A DNA stretch of 64,000 nucleotides from Octopus sinensis (Eukaryota): positions 8,432,001 through 8,496,000 of the forward strand of contig NC_043013.1 of assembly GCF_006345805.1 (NCBI RefSeq), read 5' to 3'. Position 1 is the stretch's first letter. Each line of letters starts with the position of its first letter. The notes below the pieces were generated by a model. The model worked only from the letters and a program-made list of their open reading frames with translations, was not told the origin of the DNA and made no database searches. Positions 13,949 to 25,124 of this stretch are shown in pieces. The translations under genes and the position numbers were made by a program.

Positions 13949-16844
13949 TCTATCTATCTCTATCTCTCTATCTATCTATCTATCTATCTTACTTTCTCTC
14001 TCTCACTTACTCATACATATAAAATAATAATAAAGAAATTATTGTATACATTGCTCAAGTGCACCACAACTTGTCAGAAAGTGCATATAAAGTACATGCA
14101 GTAATGTAGAAATGTCTGGAAAGCGAACAATGTATGAGTCAGATACATGCTTGTGTGTGTATGGAGGGGAGAAAATCAAGTGTAGTGTTGGCGAATCTCG
14201 GCAAGCATGGAAGTTTTGAAGGGTGCATGCTCCGACAACTAAGAACTGATGCCGGCAGCTTTTACTATATACAGCAGCAAACCTTCTTCCAATTCTGTAT
14301 ACACCTACACAGTAGGCCTCTGACTTCTCTGAAAATAACCAATTTGAATCTTCCTAACTTTCTTTAAACAGATTCCTTGTAACAGCTACTAGTGACATTG
14401 AGTGTAAAATACAGATATCCAGACCCTTGTCACCTGATATCTAGTATCACTGTTTTAAGTTCATGTCTCAGTCACGTGAAGTTATCTCTATTTCTCCATT
14501 CTCCAGAATTACTAACTCAAGTACCTGTAATATACTAAGATTTTAGCTATGCTATTCCTAACATTTTTCGCTTATGGAATCATCCTTTTGTCATTTAACC
14601 CTTTTGTTACTGAATTTATTTTGAGATGCTCTGTGTTTCTTTCAATTACTTTTAAATATAACAAAGAATTTAGAAAAATAGCTTAGTAATTATTAAGCTT
14701 GTGTCAGGAACATAAATTGTGACTAAGGTTTGGTGAAAGATTTCAATTCAGAACTTTTGAAAGCAAGACATTTGTACTCAGAGCCAGAGCCGGTTTCAGC
14801 CATATTGGTAACAAAAGAGTTAAACACTTTTTTTTTTCCATATTTCAGACATTGGTGATAAATTATTTGAAGTTGCTGGAGTGGAAAACAGTCTGCATGC
14901 TGGAATGGTTAGCGGCAAAGTCAGGTCTGGTAATCGATTAGCGCAGACATCTAATCTAAAGATAAAGTAAGACAAAAATTTTTATCGTAAAATAATTTCC
15001 ATTTTTCACATTCTGCTAATTCTACAGCCATATCATTTCGTTTTAGAACTTTCCTTATTATGATTTTTTATTTTTATTTTCCAGAACTAAAAAACGGGTG
15101 CCGATGCAAATTGATGGAGAGCCTTGGGTACAAAATCCTTGTACGGTAAGATTATGATTCTATATCAATTCTGTTTGTGGCACGTAAAATGCACCATCCG
15201 AATTGTGGCCGAAGCCAGTGCCGCCTCGACTGGCTTCTGTGCAGGTGGCACGTAAAATGCACCAATCCGACCGTGGCCAATGCCAGCCTCGCCTGGCTCC
15301 AGTGCAGGTGGCACGTAAAAAGCATCCACTACACTCACGGAGTGGTTGGCGTTAGAAAGGGCATCCAGCTGTAGAAACATTGCCAGATAAGACCGGAGCC
15401 TGGTGCAGCCTTCTGGCTTCCCAGATCCCCGGTCGAACCGTCCAACCCATGCTAGCATGGAGAACGGGCGTTAAATGATGATGATGATCATGAGGAATCC
15501 TCTTTTATGCCTAACAATCTTAAGTTATTTTCAGAGGGGCTTATTCAAGGCAAGTAATTTGATCTGAGATGGTGTGTTAAAACTGAAACAATTGCAGCAT
15601 GGAAGACTCATAGCCACACAAAAACCCACAAAAGAATCTTTAACCATCACTTAAGCATTTAACTGCAAACCTGATCGCTGACAAGATTAGACTACCTCTA
15701 TTTTGTGGGATTGTTGGTTGCTATGTATATGTATGTATTTTTACTTACTTGTTTCAGTCATTTGACTGCGGCCATGCTGGAGCACCGCCTTTAGTTGAGC
15801 AAATCGACCCCGGGACTTATTCTTTGTAAGCCCAGTACTTATCCTATCGGTCTCTTTTGCCGAACCGCTAAGTGACGGGGACGTAAACACACCAGCATCG
15901 GTTGTCAAGCAATGCTAGGGGAACAAACACAGACACACAAACATATTCACACACACTTATATATATACATATATACGACAGGCTTCTTTCAGTTTCCGTC
16001 TACCAAATCCACTCACAAGGCATTGGTCGGCCCGGGGCTATAGCAGAAGACACTTGCCCAAGATGCCACGCAGTGGGACTGAACCTGGAACCATGTGGTT
16101 GGTTAGCAAGCTACTTACCAAACAGCCACTCCTATGTGTATATATATATAATATATATATATATATGTGTGGCACGTAACAAACACCATCCAATCGTGGC
16201 CGTGCCAGCGTCGTCTGGCCTCCGTGCCAGTGGCACATAAAAAACACCATCCGAGCATGGCCGTTCGCCAGCCTCGTCTGGCACCTGTGTCAGTGGCACA
16301 TAAAAAGCACCCACTACACTCACGGAGTGGTTGGCATTAGGAAGGGCATCCAGCTGTAGAAACACTGCCAGATCTGACTGGCCTGCTGCAGCCTTCGGGC
16401 TTCCCAGACCCCAGTTGAACCGTCCAACCCATGCTAGCATGGAAAGCGGACGTTAAACGACGATGATGATGATGATGATGATGATATATATATATATATA
16501 AAGATAAGATCGTTATTTAAATACTGAATTTATCAGGTGACCAGCTTGGCAGCTTGGGAATAAAAACCTTCAAAGATAATAATTATTATTAAAATTATAA
16601 TTTAGGGTATCTAAGAGTTACCTCCATGCTGGAAATAGCAGCCAAAACTTGACTCTAAAACCACATTAAATGTTCATACAGCACCAGGAGAAAAGACAAA
16701 GAGACCAAATAAACTAGTTTTATGCGAGTTTATTTTGTCTTTTTGTCTTCTCTCCTGGTGCTGTATGAACATTTAATGTGGTTTTAGAGTCAAGTTTTGG
16801 TTGCTATTTCCAGCATGGTGGTATTTCTTAGATACCCTAAATCC

Positions 16845-16876
<32 letters not shown>

Positions 16877-18039
16877 CTCTTTTACTTCTTTCAGTCATTT
16901 TGACTGTGGCCATGCTGGAGCACCACCTTTAGTCGAGCAAATCAACCCCAGGACTTATTCTTTTTAAACCTAGTACTTATTCTATCAGTTTTTTTTTTTT
17001 GCTGAACCACTAAGTTACGGGTGACATAAACACACCAACATCAGTTGTTAAGCAATATTGGGGGGACAAACACAGACACACACACATATATACGATGGGC
17101 TTGTTTCAATTTCCGGCTACCAAATCCACTCGGTCTGAGACTATAGTAGAAGACACTTACTTGCCCAAGGTGCCACGGAGTGGGAATGAACCCAGAACCA
17201 TGTGGTATGAAGTATACTCTATGAAGTATCCATCCAGGATAGACAAGCATACCTCAGGAGGCTTCAAACTTGTATTTCATAGATAATGGCTCTTCTTGTT
17301 TACAGATTTGCATGGTTCTCTAAGCTTTTGATATATAGCTGTATGGTCAACAATTTTGCATGACTACTATGTGGTTTGGAGTTCAATACCACAGCACTAC
17401 AGCCTTTTACAAGAGCCCTGGTCCTAATAGTATGTCCATGTTGAAGTAAATTTTCTGCTGAACTCTAAGGCTGAGTTTAATGTTGAACTCTAAGACCAAG
17501 TTTATCTTTGTATTGCAACTATATGGTTTGGGGTTTTACTATACCTGATGCCTTGAGAGTGAATTAAGTGGATGGAGACTAGTTCTCTCCCTTCCCTTAG
17601 TGGTCAAAAATTTTTATTAACGCTAATGATTGTTATTCCCACGATGAATATAGTTCCAATTGATTAAAAATTCATTTTGGTTCCCGGTACTAAATACATT
17701 TGCCTGCACTTAAACCCATATTCTTCATCCTGAAGGCATTCCTGAGAAATTTTCTACTAACCAAACTGTAGATATGATGTACAATTAATTTCCAGAGTAA
17801 CTGCTCATTATTCTTTAAATAACTTCTATGCAATTTCATTGTAACTCCAAAACTGTATGTATTATATAGATGTTAATGATTTTTTTTTGTTTTTTTGTCT
17901 AAATTTCATATTTCAATTGCCTTCTGAAGTCATATTGTCTTTCATTCTTCAGATAATCATAAGTCATAAAAACCAAGCACCAATGCTCATGGGACCGAAA
18001 GATAAGGTTCCTACTGGATTCCTTAAAATTTTCCGATGA
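2128..18039 (+). CDS. DGK: Type I diacylglycerol kinase (DGKA/B/G-like), 3' part: join(2128..2202,3229..3314,4914..5003,6478..6641,8276..8340,8865..8955,13087..13294,14849..14966,15085..15145,17953..18039); 5' exons outside the window
   Basis: Ten GT-AG exons splice in frame with matching phases and give DGK motifs [63 protein letters not shown] and a TGA stop. Subtype assigned from recalled similarity to vertebrate DGKA/B/G. Confidence 0.95.
3229..3314 (+). CDS. DGK: DGK exon with ATP-binding GGDGT motif
   Basis: ctattcag/gtaagt; [28 protein letters not shown]. Confidence 0.96.
3377..3965 (-). mobile_element. SINE B copy with a SINE A (3596..3821, -) nested in its internal (CA)n
   Basis: 3' and 5' halves of SINE B flank a complete SINE A. 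Confidence 0.8.
4629..4840 (+). mobile_element. Short Penelope-like repeat P1 carrying a hammerhead-like motif (4704..4738)
   Basis: Near-identical copies at 22316..22513 (+) and 54575..54785 (-); PLE origin inferred from the hammerhead motif and lack of TSD. Confidence 0.6.
4914..5003 (+). CDS. DGK: DGK exon [21 protein letters not shown]
   Basis: ttttgcag/gtaaag; 90 nt, phase 1/1. Confidence 0.96.
5015..5960 (-). mobile_element. Stack of three SINE B copies or partials
   Basis: Repeated cttttacttgtttcagtcatt...ttaccacacagcc units. Confidence 0.8.
6045..6285 (-). mobile_element. tRNA-derived SINE family A
   Basis: Reverse complement of ggcaagctgg...gactttgcctttcatcctttcggggtc...aataaagaaat. 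Confidence 0.85.
6478..6641 (+). CDS. DGK: DGK exon YEGESLEK...LDRWHIEV...[11 protein letters not shown]
   Basis: long pyrimidine tract + tttacag; gtgagt donor; 164 nt. Confidence 0.96.
6919..7150 (-). mobile_element. Young full-length SINE A with perfect 18-bp TSD
   Basis: TTGTTTTGATAATTTATA at 6901-6918 and 7151-7168. Confidence 0.92.
7377..7774 (+). mobile_element. SINE B, full length
   Basis: Matches the family head, CORE-like block and tail. Confidence 0.88.
8276..8340 (+). CDS. DGK: DGK exon [21 protein letters not shown](R)
   Basis: gtcag/gttagt; 65 nt. Confidence 0.95.
8865..8955 (+). CDS. DGK: DGK exon [30 protein letters not shown]
   Basis: tttgcag/gtatgt; 91 nt. Confidence 0.95.
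9136..9217 (-). ncRNA. Degenerate hammerhead-like motif with canonical CUGAUGA...GACC-GAAAC core and long stem II
   Basis: Minus strand reads attgta-ctgatga-agcat...atgc-gacc-gaaac-gcac-gtt-gcacaat; the stem I register is shifted by one. Confidence 0.45.
9627..10147. mobile_element. Tc1/mariner-superfamily (Tc2/pogo-like) MITE
   Basis: TA TSD (9625-26, 10148-49); 25-bp TIR CCGTAAATCCTCGAGTATAATCCGC with 2 mismatches; no ORF. Confidence 0.85.
10215..10790 (+). mobile_element. Decayed 3' end of an L1/Tx1-like LINE
   Basis: Stop-riddled frame ...[44 protein letters not shown], then a pyrimidine-rich UTR ending AATAAAGAAA; clade from recall. Confidence 0.45.
10789..11098 (-). mobile_element. 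Fragment of an RLE-type (R4/Dong-like) non-LTR retrotransposon
   Basis: Minus-strand translation [16 protein letters not shown]...[34 protein letters not shown] shows the CxxC-x(7)-H-x4-C knuckle; stops and frameshifts present. Confidence 0.7.
11160..11865 (-). mobile_element. SINE B interrupted by a Helitron
   Basis: SINE halves at 11160-11376 and 11677-11865. Confidence 0.82.
11377..11676 (+). mobile_element. Non-autonomous Helitron (300 bp)
   Basis: A|TC 5' end; subterminal hairpin CCCG-agcaacgc-CGGG (11649-11664); CTAG|T 3' end; no TSD. Confidence 0.85.
12582..12678. repeat. (ATT)n microsatellite tailing a SINE A (~12385-12575)
   Basis: Directly visible. Confidence 0.9.
13087..13294 (+). 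CDS. DGK: DGK exon CEDCSL...[21 protein letters not shown] + basic loop
   Basis: ttttcag/gttagt; 208 nt; frame matches ORF 12985..13299. Confidence 0.94.
13455..13875 (-). mobile_element. SINE B, diverged
   Basis: Family similarity. Confidence 0.75.
14599..14819 (+). mobile_element. TTAA-flanked (piggyBac-type) MITE, 221 bp
   Basis: TTAA at 14595-98 and 14820-23; TIR CCCTTTTGTTAC; homologous copies at 34724, 34964, 62443. Confidence 0.85.
14849..14966 (+). CDS. DGK: DGK exon [18 protein letters not shown]...[10 protein letters not shown](K)
   Basis: atttcag/gtaaga; 118 nt, phase 1/2. Confidence 0.94.
15085..15145 (+). CDS. DGK: DGK exon [20 protein letters not shown]
   Basis: tttccag/gtaaga; 61 nt; follows a 118-nt intron. 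Confidence 0.96.
15175..15488 (+). mobile_element. 5'-truncated RTE LINE 3' tail ending in (GAT)n
   Basis: gtggcacgtaaaa-gcacc subrepeats + ccatgctagcatgg...(gat)n, homologous to the 3'UTR of the RTE at 42524-43724. Confidence 0.75.
15741..16133 (-). mobile_element. SINE B, full length
   Basis: Family similarity. Confidence 0.88.
16167..16485 (+). mobile_element. RTE 3' tail
   Basis: Same subrepeats and (GAT)n tail. Confidence 0.75.
16600..16842. repeat. Foldback inverted repeat: two 116-bp arms, 11-nt loop
   Basis: Arms 16600-16715 and 16727-16842; about 7 mismatches by eye, including a perfect run of about 50 bp. Confidence 0.92.
17953..18039 (+). CDS. DGK: DGK last coding exon [28 protein letters not shown]
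   Basis: ttcattcttcag acceptor; conserved HKNQxPMLMGP; TGA 18037-18039. Confidence 0.92.
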   Translation: MIISHKNQAPMLMGPKDKVPTGFLKIFR

Positions 18040-18046
18040 ATAATAT

Positions 18047-18055
18047 CAGGTATGG
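18047..18055 (+). other. Candidate 5' splice site in the 3'UTR (CAG|GTATGG), 10 nt after the stop
   Basis: Strong donor-like sequence followed by 4.7 kb of intron-like repeat-rich DNA. Confidence 0.55.
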
Positions 18056-18770
18056 TAGCCAGGTTATTTTCTTTCTTGTATTTTTTCTTCCTATTTTTAT
18101 TTCATCATCAACATCATCATGATCATCATCATCATCATCGTTGTTGTTGTAATATGCTTGGATAGCCACATAGACTTCTGGAAGAGAATACTGAAGCAGC
18201 ATATTCTAAAGCAGTTGCCTGTATATTCCAAAATATTCACATCTCTTTCATTACTCACTGTATCTTTTACTTGCTTCAGTCACTGAACTGCAGCCATGGT
18301 GGAAGACTGCTTAGATGTGCATTTATCAAACGAATCAATCCCAGTACCTATTTTCCTTTAAAGTTTGGTCCCTCCTCAATCACTCCCTTTGCAAAAACCA
18401 CAAAAATTTCAGTGGGGTGTAAACAAGCCAACACCACTTGTCAAGTGGTGGGAGAGAGGAATAGACGCAAACAGAATGACAAACACTCACACACACACAT
18501 ACCCACACACACACACACACGCATATATATACAGGCAAACAATTGTTATGCAGAGTTGTTAATATAGAATGTATCATAGAAATAAGTGAGTAAGAAAATA
18601 GTCTTTTACAGCTGTTTCCAGAATAGACGTGCATAAGACAAGCTTTCCATATAGTAGTAGACTATTCCATCGTGAGAGGAAAAAAGTTAAGGTAAATCCT
18701 TAATAGAGAGTTTTAGGAATTAGCAGTTCCATCATTGAAGAGAGTGAAGCAATCTCTACTGTTAAATATA

Positions 18771-18835
<65 letters not shown>

Positions 18836-18924
18836 ATATATGTATGTATATATATATATGTATGTATGATATATATATATGTATGATATATATATATGTA
18901 TGATATATATACTTATATATATAT

Positions 18925-19334
18925 CATCATCATCATCATCATCATTTAGCGTCCACTTTCCATGCTAGCATGGGTTGGACGGTTCAACTGGGGTCTGTGA
19001 AGCCAGAAGGCTGCATAAGGCCCAGTCTGATCTGGCAGTGTTTCTACGGCTGGATGCCCTTCCTAACGCCAACCACTCCGTGTGTGTAGTGGGTGCTTTT
19101 TACGTGCCACCCGCACAAGTGCCAGATGGAGCTGGCAAACGGCCACGGACGGATGGTGCTTTTTACGTGCCACCGGCATTGGGACCAGGCGAGGCTGGCA
19201 ATGGCCTCCATCGGATGGTTTGCTTACTTGTCACCGGCACTGGTATCACAGCTGCAATTTCCATTGATGTTGATCGACTTTGATTTTGGTTCTGCTTTCT
19301 GATATCTGATTTGATTTGGTTTGATTTTGATTTG

Positions 19335-19338
<4 letters not shown>
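18925..19338 (-). mobile_element. RTE 3' tail including the aaatcaaaatc segment
   Basis: Extends further 5' than other tails and matches 43250-43724. Confidence 0.78.
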
Positions 19339-19377
<39 letters not shown>

Positions 19378-20167
19378 TATATATATGTATATATACATAC
19401 ATAAATGATGGGCTTCTTTCAGTTTCTGTTCATCAAATCCATTCACTAGAGTTTAGTAGAAGACACCTGCCCAAAATGCTATGGAGTGGGACTGAACCCG
19501 AAACCTTATGGTTGGGAAGTAAACTTCTTGCCACATGGCCATGAAGTCTTTTATTTTTCTTGTTACTGGTATCAGTCATTAGTGATTGTGGCTTTGCTGG
19601 AGCAGTATCTATAAGAGTTTTTAGTTGATTACATCAAGCTCACTGCTTTAGTTCTTAATTCATCGTTTATTCCAAGACAGGCAATGAAAATGGCAACACA
19701 GATATAAAGGGAGACAACACAGTAATGTCTGACAATATATAGGTTCTCCACACACACACACACACACACTCATATACGAAGCTGATGATGATGGTTCCCT
19801 GCTTATGGTGTGAGTTTTCATTCTTCCAGTTTCACCTCTCTGCATTATCTCATTCCCCTCCAAAAAAAATATTTGCAGAACACTATATAAAATTTCAATA
19901 AAACAATATATAAAAGTTTGCCAGACGAGTCTGGCACCTGTGCCGGTGGCACGTAAAAAGCACCCACTACACTCATGGAGTGGTTGGCGTTAGGAAGGGC
20001 ATCCAGCCGTAGAAACATTGCCAGATCAGACTGGGCCTGGTGCAGCCTTCTGGCTTCCCAGACCCCAGATGAACCATCCAACCCATGCTAGCATGGAAAG
20101 CGGACGCTAAACGATGATGGTTAAAAAAAAAGGTTAAGTTACCATTTCGAGTCATGTAAATTCATAG

Positions 20168-20384
20168 CAGTCATTTTCCCGGTTTCCATGACATTTAAAT
20201 TCCTCGTCTGGACGGGACATCAGTCCGTCGCAGCGTTACTCATTTTTGCCAGCTGAGTGGAATGGAGCAACGTGAAATGAAGTGTTTTGCTCAAGAACAC
20301 AACGCATCGCCTGGTTCAGGAATTGAAACCACACCCTTACGATCAGGAGTCCAACACCCTAACTATTAAGCCATATGCTTCCAC
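20168..20384 (-). mobile_element. tRNA-head SINE, body Y + tail 2
   Basis: Minus strand: tggaagcatatggc...cttgagcaaaacacttcatttcacgttgctcc...ctgcgacggactgatgtcccgtccag. Confidence 0.7.
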
Positions 20385-20432
20385 TAGACAAAAGTTGGAT
20401 TAGAGCTGGTGCTAGAAAGAGGATTTTATATA

Positions 20433-20846
20433 TACTCTCTTTACTCTTTTACTTGTTTCAGTCATTTGACTGCGGCCATGCTGGAGCACCGCCTTTAGTC
20501 GAGCAAATCGACCCCAGGACTTATTCTTTGTAAGCCCAGTACTTATTCTATTGGTCTCTTTTGCCGAACCGCTAAGTGACGGGGACATAAACACACCAGC
20601 ATCGGTTGTCAAGCAATGCTAGGGGGACAAACACAGACACACAAACATACACACACACATATATATATACATACACATATACGACGGGCTTCTTTCAGTT
20701 TCCGTCTACCAAATCCACTCACAAGGCTTTGGTCGGCCTGAGGCTATAGTAGAAGACACTTTGCCCAAGATGCCACGCAGTTGGACTGAACCCGGAACCA
20801 TGTGGCTGGTAAGCAAACTACTTACCACACAGCCACTCCTGCGCCT
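20433..20846 (-). mobile_element. SINE B, full length
   Basis: Family similarity. Confidence 0.88.
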
Positions 20847-21072
20847 ATATATATGTTATAATTTAGAAACAGTAAAAGATTGTCATTAAAGTACTCGGAG
20901 TTTCGAATGTCAGAGCAAAGAGCTATGATACATTCATGTCAGCTATTAATGGCAACCGTTTACTGTTTGTTCTAACTTATGACATATAAATAATGCTCTA
21001 TTTCTCTAATATTGATGTCTCATTCTTTTGTTGTTACATTTTATTATTATTATTATTATATATATATGTATA

Positions 21073-21806
21073 TCATCATCATCATCATCATCGTTTAACG
21101 TCCGTTCTCCATGCTAGCATGGGTTGGATGGTTCGACCAGGGATCTGGGAAGCCAGAAGGCTGCACCAGGCTCAGTCTAATCTGGCAAAGTTTCTACAGC
21201 TGGATGCCCTTCCTAACTGTAGAAACTTTGCCAGATAAGACCGGAGCCTGGTGCAGCCTTCTGGCTTCCCAGATCCCTGGTCGAACCGTCTATATAATAT
21301 ATACATATATATACACACACAAACACACACATATATATATATATATATACTTACATATAAGAGAACAAAGTGTACGTACGCCGCTATATATATATACAAA
21401 TACAAAATGGGACGAGAACGCAAAACATCCAGAAGACGATACAAAAACACCGACGGGTCATTCAAAGCCTTTAATCTTCAGTCAAGAACTGGATCATCCA
21501 CGCAATTTCGGCTGATTAATCTTGAGATTGCTCCAATCTGGCCAGTCCCAAGGAAAAACTAAGCTAAGAGCATTAGATTCCTTGGAAAAGAGCTTCGAAT
21601 GTATACGAAACAAGGATGGAAAAACGGACGATGTTACACGAATATAAATACATAAATAATATGAAAAACAATAATAATGATAATAACAGGACATCACATC
21701 AGGCGTCTTTCGACTGGAAACGAATTGAATTCAGCTAGCGTATTAGGAACCGTCCAACCCATGCTAGCATGGAAAACGGATGTTAAATGATGATGATGAT
21801 GATGAT
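21073..21806. mobile_element. Head-to-head inverted RTE tails with a 456-bp insertion (21291..21746) in the right arm
   Basis: Arms pivot at 21199/21217; 8-bp TSD GAACCGTC at 21283-21290 and 21747-21754. Confidence 0.8.
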
Positions 21807-21978
21807 AATATATTATATATATTATATAATATATTATATATACTTTTATTAAAGCTGCAAAATTATCTCAGAACTGTTAGTCAGGGTTTTATGATCCTGT
21901 TCAGCAAACAGATTTGATAATACTCTACCTTGGTATTCAAGTACTATTTTTTCACCTTGTTTTGCTCATCGGTGTATG

Positions 21979-22010
<32 letters not shown>

Positions 22011-22034
22011 TGTATGTATGCATGTCTGTATGTA

Positions 22035-22083
<49 letters not shown>

Positions 22084-22085
<2 letters not shown>

Positions 22086-22278
22086 GATAGATCGTTAGCT
22101 CCTACACGCATTTTTTTTCTCTCCTTGTTTTTTTTCTGTGTATCTTTCTGTTGAAGAGCATAGGCTCGAAACGTAAAAGACTTGTTCTATTTCTATTCCT
22201 GAGTGCCATACTAATACATTTGTTTGTTTGTACTCCACCTGCCTTCGTCTTTTGTTTATTTTCGTAAACCTTCCCGTT
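22084..22278 (+). mobile_element. Short Penelope-like repeat P2 with hammerhead-like motif (22143..22180)
   Basis: Homologous copy at 47980..48174 (-); tcttt-CTGTTGA-a-gagc-atag-gctc-GAAAC-GTA-aaaga. Confidence 0.6.
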
Positions 22279-22285
22279 ATATATA

Positions 22286-22315
<30 letters not shown>

Positions 22316-22317
<2 letters not shown>

Positions 22318-22513
22318 ATGTGACCTCGTGAGTACCACTGGCGATTTTTATCCTCTGTCTCCCTTCTCAGGATCTTCCTTCTCCTATGTTTCCGACGAAG
22401 AGCTCCGCTCGAAATGTTAAACCCTCCTTCTTCCCTTCTTCCTGAGCATCCAATAATACTTATTTGTTCCACGTCCTTGCGTGTTGTGTTTTTTGTTTTC
22501 TTGCTTGGATTAA
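22316..22513 (+). mobile_element. Repeat P1 with hammerhead-like motif (22388..22422)
   Basis: Homologous to 4629..4840; (TA)n/(TAA)n flanks. Confidence 0.6.
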
Positions 22514-22565
22514 TATATATATATAATATATCTTATATTATATATATATATATTATATATATATA

Positions 22566-22669
<104 letters not shown>

Positions 22670-23021
22670 ATCAAAAGGATGTGTTGTAATACTACATACA
22701 TACACACATGCGCACACACTTACATATTATGTTTTTCTTACTAATTTCAGTGTCAAGACGACTGATGTGACAAAAATACCTATACCCCATGGATAGGTCA
22801 ACTTTCCTGTATCTGCATCTCTGAACAATCATGAACAGGGAAGATGAACATGTGCTATAGTTATCCAGAGTTACCATCTCTGGGATAGACTACTTTTACT
22901 ACTACTCCTACACCTTCCACCACTACCACCACCACCACCACCACCACACCACCACTACTACTACTACTACTACAACTACTTCTACCACCATTATTTTCTC
23001 TTGCTTTATATATATATATAT

Positions 23022-23071
<50 letters not shown>

Positions 23072-24619
23072 GTATATATATAGATATATATTATATATAT
23101 ATTCTTTTCTCCAGTATTAATTTCATTCAAATGGTGAATAACTTTTAAAAATATATGATAAAATAATAATAAACTTCACCCTGAAAAAAATATCAATTAG
23201 AAGTTAGTTTTATATATGTTGTTGAAGCACTTCCCTTTCTGCCTTTTAGGAATGTACACATTCAGTTGCTGTTTTTTTTTTTTTTAAATTTAATATTTTT
23301 GTTTTATCTGTCACTTTATCCTTTTATCCCTTCAAAAAAACCTATAGAATTCTTTAAACCTTCATCATAGTACTTGATTACAATGATACAATGGGAAATA
23401 CAGAAGACTTCTTCTAAAATATAATCATCAAGTTGGCCTTATTGTCTATCCCCATGCCATTCTTGCTCAGTTTTATGTGGTTAGATTGTTTTTTTTTTTT
23501 TGTTTTGTCAATATAGATTTTTTTTTCAGTTCCTGATTTTTTTGTATTAACATGCTTCATCTGTAAGCACCATTTCTTTTTAAAAAGAAAACGATCCCCT
23601 TATTTTTTTTTATTTAAATTTTTAATATTTAATAATCCATGCTCAATTTTTATTTTATACTTTTTATTTTTAATTTTAATTTTTTTTTTTTTTTCAATAT
23701 TTGGGGCTCTTTGTCCCCCAGGTGTAAAAGACAAAAAGATAAAAAAATGGGAACCTACTACAACTACAGATGAATTTTCTTCATCATTTATCTTACCATT
23801 TGCTCTACATGTACCTAACCATATATAATTAACTTAACCCAATGGTAATTTTAGTATCATGGATCTTATATAGACATTCATGAACATTTTTCACAGATGA
23901 AGAAACTGTAATGCAAAAAAAAACCCAAAAACAATGGGAAAACAAGGGGTAAAAAGACATTATATCTATTAAATCATTGCATGATAAACTACAGTTCATT
24001 GATTATTACTACTACTACTACTATTATTATAATTATTATTGTTATTATTATTATTATTATTTTAGATACTGACCAAGAAACCATCCTCATAACTACTACT
24101 AGTATTCTAGTGATATTTTTGATCAATTAAAGCGCTACCCATCCCCGCCCACCCCCACTCATTATAATGCCACTATGACCTACGTGCCTGACTCACTCAT
24201 ACAATGCACTCTTCTTTCTGCTTGTTTGTTTTTTTTTGGGGGGGGGTTCTTTCAAATTTTTTTTTCGTAACGACACCACCAACAACAAAAACAATAATAA
24301 CAATAATAATAACAATAATAACGATAATAATAATAATAGTAATAATAATGAATGATGAGCACTTGGTCATCTCGTCCTGGTTACATAAGACCTCCTGTTT
24401 CATGGTATATCTTTTGATCAACATTTTAAACAAGATCCTTATCTACTTTTTAAACCGAAGTGCTTCAAGCTTTGTCTCTAAGATTTTTTTTCTTCTTCTC
24501 CATCCACTTTTACTTTATGTTTCTATCAGTTGCCTTGAATACAATAATGAAAGTTTTTCACATTTATTATTGTCATCATCATCATTATTAATATTATTAT
24601 TATTTTATCATTATTATTA

Positions 24620-24650
<31 letters not shown>

Positions 24651-25067
24651 CATCATCATCCTCAAATCCATCATCCTTATCAATACCATCATCATTGTTA
24701 TTATCAATATTATTCCTACGGTTAAGATCTTGCAATATTAAAAAATACACCCTTTAAATTCAAGTCTTTCTTATACTGCCTCCATGTGTTATTTCTGAGT
24801 TATTTATTAATCAGAATGAAAATAAAATCTGAATGTTTTGTTGTTGTTTTTTTTTTCTTTGTTTTTGTCTGTGACTTTAATACACATATAAACATACACA
24901 CATACAAATTCAAATAGAGGCAGACACAAACACACATACATACATACACTGTTTATCTCTGTTTTGTACATACACAAACACATACACTAACATATACCCC
25001 ACTAAATAATATGTGTATATCACCAATCAGGCACACACACCTCCTCACATATATATATATATGTGTG

Positions 25068-25124
<57 letters not shown>

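Noticed and set aside
21440-21740. Further hammerhead in the 456-bp insert (ctgaaga and gccgaaa on the minus strand)
   Set aside because: The motifs are in the wrong order and no consistent stems I-III could be built.
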